Source of the DNA: Cylindrospermopsis raciborskii Cr2010
GTDB lineage: Bacteria > Cyanobacteriota > Cyanobacteriia > Cyanobacteriales > Nostocaceae
Direction: 5' to 3'
Length of the DNA: 32,000 bases
Assembly (NCBI RefSeq): GCF_003367075.2
Contig: NZ_CP065936.1
Location: forward strand, 3,120,001-3,152,000
Below the pieces are notes generated by a model, which worked only from the letters and a program-made list of their open reading frames with translations, did no database searches and was not told the origin of the DNA. This document shows, in pieces, positions 1 to 8,278 of the stretch (position 1 is the first letter of the stretch; the number at the start of each line of letters is the position of its first letter). The position numbers and the translations under genes were made by a program.

Positions 1-351
1 CAAGGTCGCTCTTTAGTGGCATTGTCGCGCTCTGGGGTGAAGTTTTACTGTATTGAAGATATTGCTGCGGCTTTGAGTTTACCCATTCATCGACTAGAAC
101 CGCTCAAGCCTTTATTAAGTTTTACCTATTATGATGAACACTCTCTAGTACACCACCCATCAATTAATATTAATACGGCATCTATAGAAACTCTATTGGA
201 AATCCCAACGATAGATATGGTCCTAGCGGAGGCGGTGGTAAAAAACCGCCTCGCTGGCGGTGCTTATCGTAATCTGGTGGATTTTCAAAACAGGTTGGGA
301 TTATCTGGTGACCTGATCTCCAAACTAATGTACTATTTGCACTTTCAATAG
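1..351 (+). CDS. C-terminal part of a ComEA-like helix-hairpin-helix protein (5' end lies outside the window)
   Basis: Frame 1 is open from base 1, so the GTG at 16 is probably internal. Stop TAG at 349-351. The last ~60 aa (ININTASIETLLEIPTIDMVLAEAVVKNRLAGGAYRNLVDFQNRLGLSGDLISKL) have the layout of the tandem HhH module of ComEA-type DNA-binding proteins, but the hairpin glycines are degenerate. Confidence 0.45.
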   Translation, partial: QGRSLVALSRSGVKFYCIEDIAAALSLPIHRLEPLKPLLSFTYYDEHSLVHHPSININTASIETLLEIPTIDMVLAEAVVKNRLAGGAYRNLVDFQNRLGLSGDLISKLMYYLHFQ

Positions 352-359
352 TATTACCG

Positions 360-947
360 CTAACCTATCAAACCCAATCGATTTAAGGGCCAAAAGCGAA
401 ATGCTGCATGACCAATTAGGTTTCTTCGCGGTAAAAAACCCCAGTACCGAGAGTCATTACTGTCATTGCGATTGTCTCCCATCACAAAGAACTTGTTCTC
501 TGGAATTTTAATCAGGGGGAATGGTTGATTTGCTGGTTCAGCAATGTAGGTTTCTTCCAACTGTTTGCCATTCACATAAACTTGACCATTCACTATACCA
601 ACTATATCTCCTGGAAGACCTATAATCCGTTTAATAAAGGCTTGATTGTCATCATAACCACGCTCTTGTAATTCGGGAGGTGTCTGAAAAACCACGATGT
701 CGCCAGCTTGAGGAGGATGAAGTCGGTAGGATATTTTCTCTACTACTAATCTATCCCCTATTTGCAGGGTGGGATACATTGATGCGGAAGGAATTAAACG
801 AGGTTCTGCAATAAATACTCTGATCAATAGGGCTAAAATCAACGCCACCCCTATTAAAGTTAGATTTTCTTTCCAACCCCCCTGTTTATTTAAATTGTTT
901 AAAGATGTGGAAGTTTCCTCAATGCTCTTGTTTTCCGGATCATTCAT
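360..947 (-). CDS. lepB: signal peptidase I
   Basis: 195-aa ORF with an N-terminal TM segment (LTLIGVALILALLIRVF). It has the catalytic Ser box SASMYPTL, the Lys box FIKRIIGLPGD, and box E GDNRNDSNDSRYWGFLP. Confidence 0.9.
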   Translation of the reverse strand: MNDPENKSIEETSTSLNNLNKQGGWKENLTLIGVALILALLIRVFIAEPRLIPSASMYPTLQIGDRLVVEKISYRLHPPQAGDIVVFQTPPELQERGYDDNQAFIKRIIGLPGDIVGIVNGQVYVNGKQLEETYIAEPANQPFPLIKIPENKFFVMGDNRNDSNDSRYWGFLPRRNLIGHAAFRFWPLNRLGLIG

Positions 948-1029
948 ACTCTGGTGTGCAGGATTTTGGCTCTCCTATGATTTTAACATACTACGGTTTG
1001 AAGAAACCTAAATGATCTTTGAGCTTTTC

Positions 1030-2196
1030 TCAACTCAGTTTGGCAAATAAATCTCCTAAAACTACATTAGAAAACAAAAAACCCTGGGGATCAGTTAAAC
1101 ATAATCTATCTGTGGTCAATTTCACCCAACCTGGAATTACATAGGTTTGTAAGCACTTTTGTATTTTCTCAACTCTTTGATGACCAAACTTTTCTGCTAA
1201 TACTCCTAGACTTAAACCTTCCGCTAAACGCATCCCCAACATTATAGTCTCTAACAGTTCCTCATCTACATATATAACTTTAGCATCAATTATTGCACCA
1301 TTATTTAACCACTGATAATATTCCTGGATCCTTCTAGGACGAGAAAATCGTTTACCTTCTACATAGCTGGTAGCACCCATGCCAAAACCATAGTAAGCAA
1401 GATTTTGCCAGTAAACACGATTGTGTTTACATTGATGCCCTGGCTTAGCATAATTGGAAATTTCATAATGCTCATAACCCGCACCCGTAAGCATCTCTTG
1501 TCCTAGTTCATACATCTTTACCGTCATCTCATCCGCTGGTAGAGGGTGATCCCCAGCTTGATAATAACGACCAAACACTGTACCCGGTTCTATGGTTAAA
1601 TCATAAATGGAAATATGGGTAGGAGCAATTTCTACCCCCTTGGTCAGAGAATTTTGCCATTGCTCTATAGACTGATGTGGCAAACCCGAAATCAGGTCTA
1701 TGCTAAATTCGGGTATCTCCACTTGGTTAACTATATCAATAGCTGCAAAAATATCTTCAACCGAGTGCGATCGCCCAGCAGTTTTTAACAATTCTGGGGT
1801 AAAGGTCTGCACCCCTAAACTAACTCTGTTTACTCCTGCATTTTTATAACCTTGAATACGAGCTAAATCAAATGTACCTGGATCTATTTCCATAGAAATT
1901 TCTATCTTTGATTCCATGGCAAATCTCTGTTCCAAACTGCTCAATATTTGCTCTAGTTGTTTGGCCGACAATAGAGAAGGTGTACCACCACCAAAAAAAA
2001 CTGTTCTCAGGGGTTCACTAAAAGTCGGTGTGATGCTGATCTCATGGCAAATGCTATCTACATACTGACTAATTGTATGGGATGCTTCCCCGGACACGCG
2101 ATCGCCCGTCACATACACGGGAAAATCACAGTAAAAGCACCTGCGCCGACAGAAGGGAATATGTACATAAGCTGCGGTGGGGATTGGAAAACTCAT
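1030..2196 (-). CDS. hemW: radical SAM family heme chaperone HemW / oxygen-independent coproporphyrinogen-III-oxidase-like protein
   Basis: 388-aa ORF. The N-terminus YVHIPFCRRRCFYCDF carries the CX3CX2C radical-SAM cluster motif. GGGTPS and the HemN C-terminal-like region are present. Length is typical for HemW. Confidence 0.85.
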   Translation of the reverse strand: MSFPIPTAAYVHIPFCRRRCFYCDFPVYVTGDRVSGEASHTISQYVDSICHEISITPTFSEPLRTVFFGGGTPSLLSAKQLEQILSSLEQRFAMESKIEISMEIDPGTFDLARIQGYKNAGVNRVSLGVQTFTPELLKTAGRSHSVEDIFAAIDIVNQVEIPEFSIDLISGLPHQSIEQWQNSLTKGVEIAPTHISIYDLTIEPGTVFGRYYQAGDHPLPADEMTVKMYELGQEMLTGAGYEHYEISNYAKPGHQCKHNRVYWQNLAYYGFGMGATSYVEGKRFSRPRRIQEYYQWLNNGAIIDAKVIYVDEELLETIMLGMRLAEGLSLGVLAEKFGHQRVEKIQKCLQTYVIPGWVKLTTDRLCLTDPQGFLFSNVVLGDLFAKLS

Positions 2197-2478
2197 GGAA
2201 AAAATTCATTGATAGAACTGTTGACAAAAATTACATTTTGTAGTTAAAACTAGCAGCAATCCTGAAAACCCTAGTATATCCAAAAACCCGTGGAGGTTTA
2301 CAGGTAAACCTAAACCATCAAGGTATAATGGCCACATATATTTTCAGAATTCTCAGCCTTGGTAGGCCAGATGCAGTTTGATAATTATTCCGTCCTTCAT
2401 ATTAACCAATCCACATTTGACCAAAAAAATGCCTTAACCTCGCACAGACAAACATTATTCATTCAGGAAAAATAAATC

Positions 2479-3555
2479 ATGCTTGATTTCACCATCATTA
2501 TCTCATTTATTATAGCCTCTGCGGGAATAGGTTATTTCAGTACCGACTTACTACCACCAGGAAGTCTCAAAGGAGTAACCAATTTAGATGCTTTGCGTTT
2601 AGTAGTAGCTGTCTTTGCTGCTCTCATTGGTGGCGCGGTTGGACTGAGTTTTCAGACCAGCTATAGGCGATTAGAAACACAAGTGCGGGAAATGCCCATA
2701 GAAGTCATTTTAACTCGTGCTATCGGTTTAGTTATTGGGCTATTACTGGCCAATTTAATGTTAGCTCCCCTATTTCTACTCCCCATTCCTGTAGATTTTA
2801 GCTTTATTAAACCTTTAGTAGCAGTGGTTGGCAGTGTAATCCTATCCGTAACGGGAATGAATTTAGCTGATACCCATGGTAGAGGTTTGTTACGATTAAT
2901 TAATCCTAATACGGTGGAGACCCTGGTAGTAGAAGGAACTCTCAAACCAGCTAATACCAAGGTTTTAGACACCAGCTGTATTATAGATGGTCGGATTGAA
3001 TTACTGCTGGAAACGGGATTTTTAGAAGGACTAATTATCGTACCCCAGTTTATTTTGCAGGAGCTACAGCAAGTAGCAGATGCAACCAAGGATGTAAAAC
3101 GAGTACGAGGAAGAAGAGGTTTAGAAATTCTCAATCGTATTAGGGAAAACTATCCAGAAAGGATAGTAATCAACTCGGTAGAGTACGATGATTTAAGCAC
3201 GGTAGACACAAAACTAGTAAAGTTCGCCCAGGAAATTAATGGTACTCTATTAACCAACGACTACAATTTATCCAAAGTAGCCAGTGTCCAAAAAGTACCA
3301 GTATTGAATGTGAATGATTTGGTGAATGCAGTTCGTCCTTCCTACTTACCGGGGGATAACATTGACATCAAAATCCTCAAAGAGGGGAAAGAGCCCAGTC
3401 AAGGCATTGGTTATTTAGATGATGGCACAATGGTTGTGGTAGAAGAAGGTAGTGGTTATGTGGGTGGTGAAGTGAGAGTAGTGGTAACCAGTGCTCTACA
3501 AACCTCCGCTGGCAGAATGATCTTTGCTAAACCACAAGCCTCGGCTTTAGCGTAA
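2479..3555 (+). CDS. PIN/TRAM domain-containing membrane protein (YacL-like)
   Basis: 358-aa ORF. The hydrophobic N-terminal third has several predicted TM helices. A central PIN-like block follows (VLDTSCIIDGRI ... LLTNDYNLSKVA). The C-terminal TRAM-like beta region is GEVRVVVTSALQTSAGRMIFAK. Confidence 0.8.
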   Translation: MLDFTIIISFIIASAGIGYFSTDLLPPGSLKGVTNLDALRLVVAVFAALIGGAVGLSFQTSYRRLETQVREMPIEVILTRAIGLVIGLLLANLMLAPLFLLPIPVDFSFIKPLVAVVGSVILSVTGMNLADTHGRGLLRLINPNTVETLVVEGTLKPANTKVLDTSCIIDGRIELLLETGFLEGLIIVPQFILQELQQVADATKDVKRVRGRRGLEILNRIRENYPERIVINSVEYDDLSTVDTKLVKFAQEINGTLLTNDYNLSKVASVQKVPVLNVNDLVNAVRPSYLPGDNIDIKILKEGKEPSQGIGYLDDGTMVVVEEGSGYVGGEVRVVVTSALQTSAGRMIFAKPQASALA

Positions 3556-3676
3556 GATAGCTAGTTAAAGTCAGTTCATACTTCATAGTGTAGATTGATG
3601 TTGGACAATCGAAAACACCTATCAAATCTGAGAACCAGGAAGATGTAAAATCTTAGCATTTATTAAGGTACTCAGC

Positions 3677-5890
3677 ATGACAGTAAACACAACCAAGACA
3701 TCTTCCACCGTTCCCAGTTTTTGTGAGGGAATTCAATACTTTGGGGAACCATTGCCAAACTTTCAAACCTATGGTGCAAAGCCAGTCATAGAATCTGGTA
3801 GCGTGTCCATAGCTGACATTAACCATACAGCAGCAGCTTATCAAACCTTACTAGCAGCAGATGCCCTGCGCTATCTCACCTTACAAATAACTGGTAGTAA
3901 AGCTTCTGGACATCCAGGTGGTTTTGCCAGTCAAGCCGAAGCTTATGCAGCCTTGGTCATGCTGGGACATAAAAATATTATTACGGAAGTGGGACATCAT
4001 GCTCCCGGTTTTTATAGTGCCATGTTTTTAGATCGGTCCTTAGAAGACATGAGCATATTTACTGTACAACAACTGCGCGATCGCTTTCGGGAAAAACACG
4101 GACTAATAGGTCACCTATCGGGTTATATTCCTGGAATTTTGGCACCTGCGGGACCGTTGGGACAGGGACAACATTTTGCCATGGCTGCAGCTTTATTACA
4201 CCGAGACAAACTATTTCCCTTCACTGTGGGAGATGGGGGATTAGGTGAACCTTACATCATGAGTTCCATGGCTCATTTTCACACCGCCTATCCTCAAGTC
4301 ACCAATTTCCTACCCATTCTAGTGTGGAACGGTTATAGTCAAGAGCATCATAGTATGGTGTCCTTAAAAACCAACGAGGAAATGACTGCTTATTGGAAGG
4401 GCAATGGTTTTAAGGAAGTAATCATCGTAGATGCCAAAAAGTTTGACGACCAGAATCAACCCGGAGATTACGTAGATAGTACCATATTTTCCTGGGAAAG
4501 AAGACTAGAATTTACCAGAGAAGTATTAATAGGCATTAATCAAGCGACTAATTTAGCCCTTAATGGTACACTAACAGTATTTATTATCAAACAACTTAAA
4601 GGTGCAGGTGTACACGCGTTAGGAGCAAAATCGCATAATCTTTATCCTAAAGATACTTTAGACGCACCCCATATTGCCAAAGCTCTACAGAAAAGAGCCT
4701 TATCCATAGAAGCATGGCAAACAGTTCGTACCAATGCTGAACGTGCTGGAGGTGGTCCAGCAGCAAAAACAGTAGTGACAGAATTTGAATTACCCCTAGC
4801 ACCCATTGGGGAATTACCATTGGAAGAATATGCAGTTGGTGGTGAGCCAAAGGTTTCCACCACAGCTATGGGTAGATTGGTAGGAATAGTAGGGAGTAAG
4901 GATCAAAACTTTCTGGTGACCAATGCGGATGGTAACGAAGCATCAGGGATTGGCAACATTAACCAAGCTCTGAAAATCAACCACCCCACAGCAGATGAAC
5001 TATATAATCAAATTCCCGGAGGTCAAGTTTACGAACCCCTGAGCGAAGATGCTTGTGCAGGATTAGCAGTGGGATTATCCCTGATGGGTGGAAGAACCCT
5101 ATGGTGTTCTTATGAATCATTTGCTATAAATGGACTGCCAATTTGGCAAACCGTAACCCAAGCTATGGCTGAATTAAGAAGAAAAACCCCATCTACAATC
5201 ACCTTATTTACAGCAGGTGCATTGGAGCAAGGACGCAACGGTTGGACCCATCAAAGACCAGAAGTGGAAGCATACTTTGCCGCTATGATGAGGAATGGTA
5301 ATGTCTTCCCCGTTTTCCCTCCTGATGCTAATAGTATTCAGGTATGTTATGATTGGGCTTTGACCACCAAAAATAAAGGTATTGTAATTACTGCTAGTAA
5401 ATCACCTTTACCCATTAGAACCACTCTGGAACAAACTAAACAGGGACTGGAAAAGGGAGCAATTTTATTACACGAGGTTCCAGGGGGAAAACAAGTTGTA
5501 TTTGCTGTGATTGGGGATATGACCTTAGTACCAGTGTTTGAAGCAGCAGCATTTTTAGAAACTGAGGGTATAGGGGTAAAAATAATTTCTGTGATTAATC
5601 CTCGTCGTTTATATCGTCCTGATGACACTGCTTGGGATACTTGTTCCCAACCGGATGGGGAGTTTTTAGCTGATGAAGAGTTTGAGGAGTTATTTAGTGG
5701 GGATGGGTTAATTGCTGTGACTGGTGGTGCGAGTGCTATGTTAGAGCCAGTTATGTTACGCAGTTCTATTAAACGGGATACTTTTGCTTGGAAGCGAGGA
5801 GAGACCACAGCTAGTGCAGGTGAGTTAATGTCCTTTAATGGCTTAGCTGCGGAAGCGTTGACAAAGCGCGCTATTGAGTTAGTGCATTAG
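3677..5890 (+). CDS. transketolase-family thiamine-diphosphate-dependent enzyme, atypical 737-aa form
   Basis: Transketolase-type motifs are present: SGHPGG, GPLGQGQH, and a ThDP-binding GDG...N block (VGDGGLGEPYIMSSMAHFHTAYPQVTNFLPILVWNG). The Pyr-domain motif is SYESF...GRNGWTHQRPE. Length and surrounding sequence differ from canonical ~670-aa cyanobacterial TktA. Confidence 0.7.
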   Translation: MTVNTTKTSSTVPSFCEGIQYFGEPLPNFQTYGAKPVIESGSVSIADINHTAAAYQTLLAADALRYLTLQITGSKASGHPGGFASQAEAYAALVMLGHKNIITEVGHHAPGFYSAMFLDRSLEDMSIFTVQQLRDRFREKHGLIGHLSGYIPGILAPAGPLGQGQHFAMAAALLHRDKLFPFTVGDGGLGEPYIMSSMAHFHTAYPQVTNFLPILVWNGYSQEHHSMVSLKTNEEMTAYWKGNGFKEVIIVDAKKFDDQNQPGDYVDSTIFSWERRLEFTREVLIGINQATNLALNGTLTVFIIKQLKGAGVHALGAKSHNLYPKDTLDAPHIAKALQKRALSIEAWQTVRTNAERAGGGPAAKTVVTEFELPLAPIGELPLEEYAVGGEPKVSTTAMGRLVGIVGSKDQNFLVTNADGNEASGIGNINQALKINHPTADELYNQIPGGQVYEPLSEDACAGLAVGLSLMGGRTLWCSYESFAINGLPIWQTVTQAMAELRRKTPSTITLFTAGALEQGRNGWTHQRPEVEAYFAAMMRNGNVFPVFPPDANSIQVCYDWALTTKNKGIVITASKSPLPIRTTLEQTKQGLEKGAILLHEVPGGKQVVFAVIGDMTLVPVFEAAAFLETEGIGVKIISVINPRRLYRPDDTAWDTCSQPDGEFLADEEFEELFSGDGLIAVTGGASAMLEPVMLRSSIKRDTFAWKRGETTASAGELMSFNGLAAEALTKRAIELVH

Positions 5891-5920
5891 AGTTAGGTGT
5901 AGATCCTTCTTTGATTAGGG

Positions 5921-5939
5921 GTGGGGAAAATCTCCCCAC
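5921..5939. terminator. short GC-rich hairpin between convergent genes (possible bidirectional terminator)
   Basis: GTGGGGA (5921-5927), loop AAATC, TCCCCAC (5933-5939). It lies in the 59-bp gap between the stop of the + strand ThDP enzyme and the stop of the - strand oxygenase. There is no clear U-tract on either strand. Confidence 0.3.
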
Positions 5940-5949
5940 ATCCGTTAAA

Positions 5950-6540
5950 TTAATAAATTGCTCTTGATTCTAGGGTATAAACGGGGATATGCACAATTTC
6001 TCTATCTGTCAAATCGTACTGCTCACAAACCAGACTTAAACGATTCCCCGATGTTTTCATCGGATTAACAGAATGGGTCAAATTTCCCTGAAAGCAAACT
6101 AAGGTGTTGGTTTGGGGTTTAATCTTCTGAATGTGGCGATTATTTGATTTCAATACTAATTCCCCCCCTTCCATGTTTTCCGGTACTCGCACATAAAGAA
6201 CCGTCACCAGATTTGGTGGTTCAATGGTTTTACAATAGGAGCGCAATGAACGATCTATATGTGGATCAACCCGAGAACCTTCTTGAAGTAGTAAAGGATT
6301 AAGATAAAATGCATTACAACTTGATTGTAGTGCCAATTCTAAATAGGGTTTAAAAAAGGGAAACTTCTCCTGGACAATTTTTATTCCCTGTCTTTGGAAA
6401 ACCACAGAAAATCCTTTTGTCTGAATAAAGTCTCTATTGAGGTTATTGGTAGTAAAGTATGGACTGGCTTGGATTTCTCCCCCTAGGTCTTTCAGGTAAC
6501 TACTTGGAAAAATATTGCTTTGTATTTGGTAGTATTTCAC
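5950..6540 (-). CDS. 2OG-Fe(II) oxygenase superfamily protein (prolyl-hydroxylase-like, small)
   Basis: 196-aa ORF with a facial-triad-like arrangement: HxD (DPHIDRS), a distal His (LTHSVNP), and an RxS-like 2OG-binding element (GNRLSLV). Confidence 0.6.
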   Translation of the reverse strand: MKYYQIQSNIFPSSYLKDLGGEIQASPYFTTNNLNRDFIQTKGFSVVFQRQGIKIVQEKFPFFKPYLELALQSSCNAFYLNPLLLQEGSRVDPHIDRSLRSYCKTIEPPNLVTVLYVRVPENMEGGELVLKSNNRHIQKIKPQTNTLVCFQGNLTHSVNPMKTSGNRLSLVCEQYDLTDREIVHIPVYTLESRAIY

Positions 6541-7200
6541 AGATTCCTATCTAAATTTATTTTTAGGTTTATTTTTAAAAACTATTACCCAATACTTTCT
6601 AAAATCCTCCCTATCATACCATTAGCTTGACTGCCATAACCACCCCCGAATAAATTAAAGTGATTTAAAATATGATACAAATTATAAAGTATTTTTCGTT
6701 TTTCATAGCCTGGTGTTAGGGGAAATTCTTCCTCATATCCTCGGTAAAAACTGGGAGGGAAGCCACCAAAAAGTTCCGTCATGGCAATATCAACTTCCCG
6801 ATCGCCAAAATAAGTGGCTGGATCAAAAATCACTGGCTCACCATTAATTGTAAATCCCACATTTCCTCCCCATAAATCGCCATGAACTAGGGATGGTTCT
6901 GCTTCGTGGTCAGCTAATAAGCTAGGAATGACACCTAATAATTTTTGTTCTCCAGGAAAATTGCCACCGCGTCTTCTTGCTAACTGAAATTGGTAACCCA
7001 GTCGGTTTTTAAAAAAAAATTCATCCCAATTTAACATCCAACTATTAATTTGTGGTGTGGAACCAATAGTATTGTTTATATGCCAACCAAAACCTTGTTC
7101 ACTGGTAGTTTTGTGCATTGCTGCTAAATTTCTCCCCATTTGTTGCCAGCTTTTATTATTGCCAGCTGACATGTGCAACCATTCTAATACTATGTAACTA

Positions 7201-7208
7201 CAATTATC
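7201..7208. repeat. left copy of the 8-bp target-site duplication CAATTATC
   Basis: Immediately precedes IRL. An identical octamer immediately follows IRR at 7965-7972. Confidence 0.8.
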
Positions 7209-7964
7209 GGCGTTGCATAATAGAGGTATGAATTGAGGTAATCTACTGTGCATTGTCCAAACTGCGGGTCTTCCAAAATCAGAAAGAATGGCAAACGTCG
7301 AGGTAAACAAAATCACATTTGTGTTGATTGTGGTCGTCAATTTATCGATGTCTATAGTCCACCTAAAGGCTATTCAGAAGAAGTTAAACAAAGTTGCCTG
7401 CGCTCTTATGTTAACGGTATGGGATTTAGAGCAATTGAACGCGATAAAGGCGTTCATCATACAACTATTATTTACTGGCTAAAACAAATTGGTTCCATAC
7501 TTCCAGATGCTCCACCAGTTGAGGAAACACCCTTGGTAGGTGAGCTTGATGAGTTGGAGACCTTTGTGGGATCAAAAAAAAACAAAATATGGTTGTGGAC
7601 AGCAGTAAATCACTTCCGTAAAAATATCCTGGCTTGGGTTGTGGGAGACCACAGCTCACAAGCATTTCAACCTTTGTGGGACATCGTTAAACTCTGGCAA
7701 TGCTTTTTTTATGTTACTGATGGGTGGAGGGTTTATCCGAGTTTTATTCAGCCAGAGGATCATATTGTGAGCAAAACATATATGACTAGGGTAGAGGGTG
7801 AAAATACACGTTTACGTCACTACTTAGCGCGACTACATAGAAAAACGCTATGCTATTCAAAATCTGTAGATATGCTTAGGTATTCAATTAAATTATTACT
7901 TCACTATTTAAAGTATGAAGTAATACCCGCGTTTAGTTGATTCATCCCGCAAATATGCAACGCC
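7209..7964 (+). mobile_element. IS1-family insertion sequence (756 bp, single transposase ORF)
   Basis: The terminal inverted repeats both begin GGCGTTGCATA (IRL 7209-7233, IRR 7940-7964, 21/25 identical). They are flanked by an 8-bp direct repeat CAATTATC. The element encodes an IS1-type transposase. Size and target-duplication length fit IS1. Confidence 0.85.
7248..7940 (+). CDS. IS1 family transposase (fused InsA-like zinc-finger/HTH plus InsB-like DDE domain)
   Basis: 230-aa ORF with a GTG start. The N-terminal zinc finger is CPNCGSSKIRKNG...CVDCGRQF, followed by an HTH region. DDE-type blocks are LDELETFVG, YVTDGWRVY and RVEGENTRLRHYLARLHRKT. Confidence 0.9.
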   Translation: MHCPNCGSSKIRKNGKRRGKQNHICVDCGRQFIDVYSPPKGYSEEVKQSCLRSYVNGMGFRAIERDKGVHHTTIIYWLKQIGSILPDAPPVEETPLVGELDELETFVGSKKNKIWLWTAVNHFRKNILAWVVGDHSSQAFQPLWDIVKLWQCFFYVTDGWRVYPSFIQPEDHIVSKTYMTRVEGENTRLRHYLARLHRKTLCYSKSVDMLRYSIKLLLHYLKYEVIPAFS

Positions 7965-7972
7965 CAATTATC
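7965..7972. repeat. right copy of the 8-bp target-site duplication CAATTATC
   Basis: Immediately follows IRR and is identical to 7201-7208. Confidence 0.8.
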
Positions 7973-8278
7973 TATAGTCCCCCAACATAATGGTTGAGGA
8001 ACCCGGATAGTTTTGGTTTCATACATTTGTCGTAAACCCAGCATTTCTGCTGCAAACATTTCTCCCTGGGATGCTTGATTGATTTTGACGAAGTAGGTGA
8101 TTTTACCATTGCCAATGGCATAACCCTGGTTAATACATCCACCACTCACTGATGATCTTTGGGTAGTTTGGAACTTTTGCCCAGTTACCTCACTTATTTG
8201 CCGATCTATTTCTTGCCACATCACCCCGTTTTGAACCTCGCGTTTTTCAACTGTTTCCTTAGTAATTAACCTTATTTA

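Larger units (their letters stand above)
6585..8224 (-). pseudogene. fructosamine kinase family gene interrupted by an IS1-family insertion
   Basis: The N-terminal fragment (8224 down to 7965, ...VPQPLCWGTIDN) and the C-terminal fragment (7200 down to 6585, CSYIVLEWLH...LVHGDLWGGN...) are separated by the IS. Removing 7209-7972 joins them in frame (PLCWGTIDNCSYIVLEWL) into a 291-codon ORF. HGDLWGGN is the fructosamine-3-kinase family signature. Confidence 0.85.

Noticed and set aside
2296-2313. Near-palindrome AGGTTTAC-AG-GTAAACCT in the hemW/PIN-TRAM divergent promoter region, and ATCCAG-CAATA-CTGGAT at about 10466-10482.
   Set aside because: Short (6-8 bp arms), with no second copy or known operator consensus. 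Plausibly chance in AT-rich spacer, so not reported as regulatory sites.
2661-3134. 157-aa ORF antisense to the PIN/TRAM gene. Similar long antisense ORFs occur at 5347-5808, 21888-22382, 21336-21671, 26813-27133 and 28630-28959.
   Set aside because: All lie fully inside well-supported genes on the opposite strand. Their Ser/Pro/Arg/Thr-rich composition is typical of shadow frames, and none has a recognisable motif.
7288-7482. 64-aa ORF overlapping the 5' part of the transposase in another frame, which could suggest an insA/insB two-ORF arrangement.
   Set aside because: The zinc finger, HTH and DDE blocks are all in the single 230-aa frame. The 64-aa frame has no InsA-like features.
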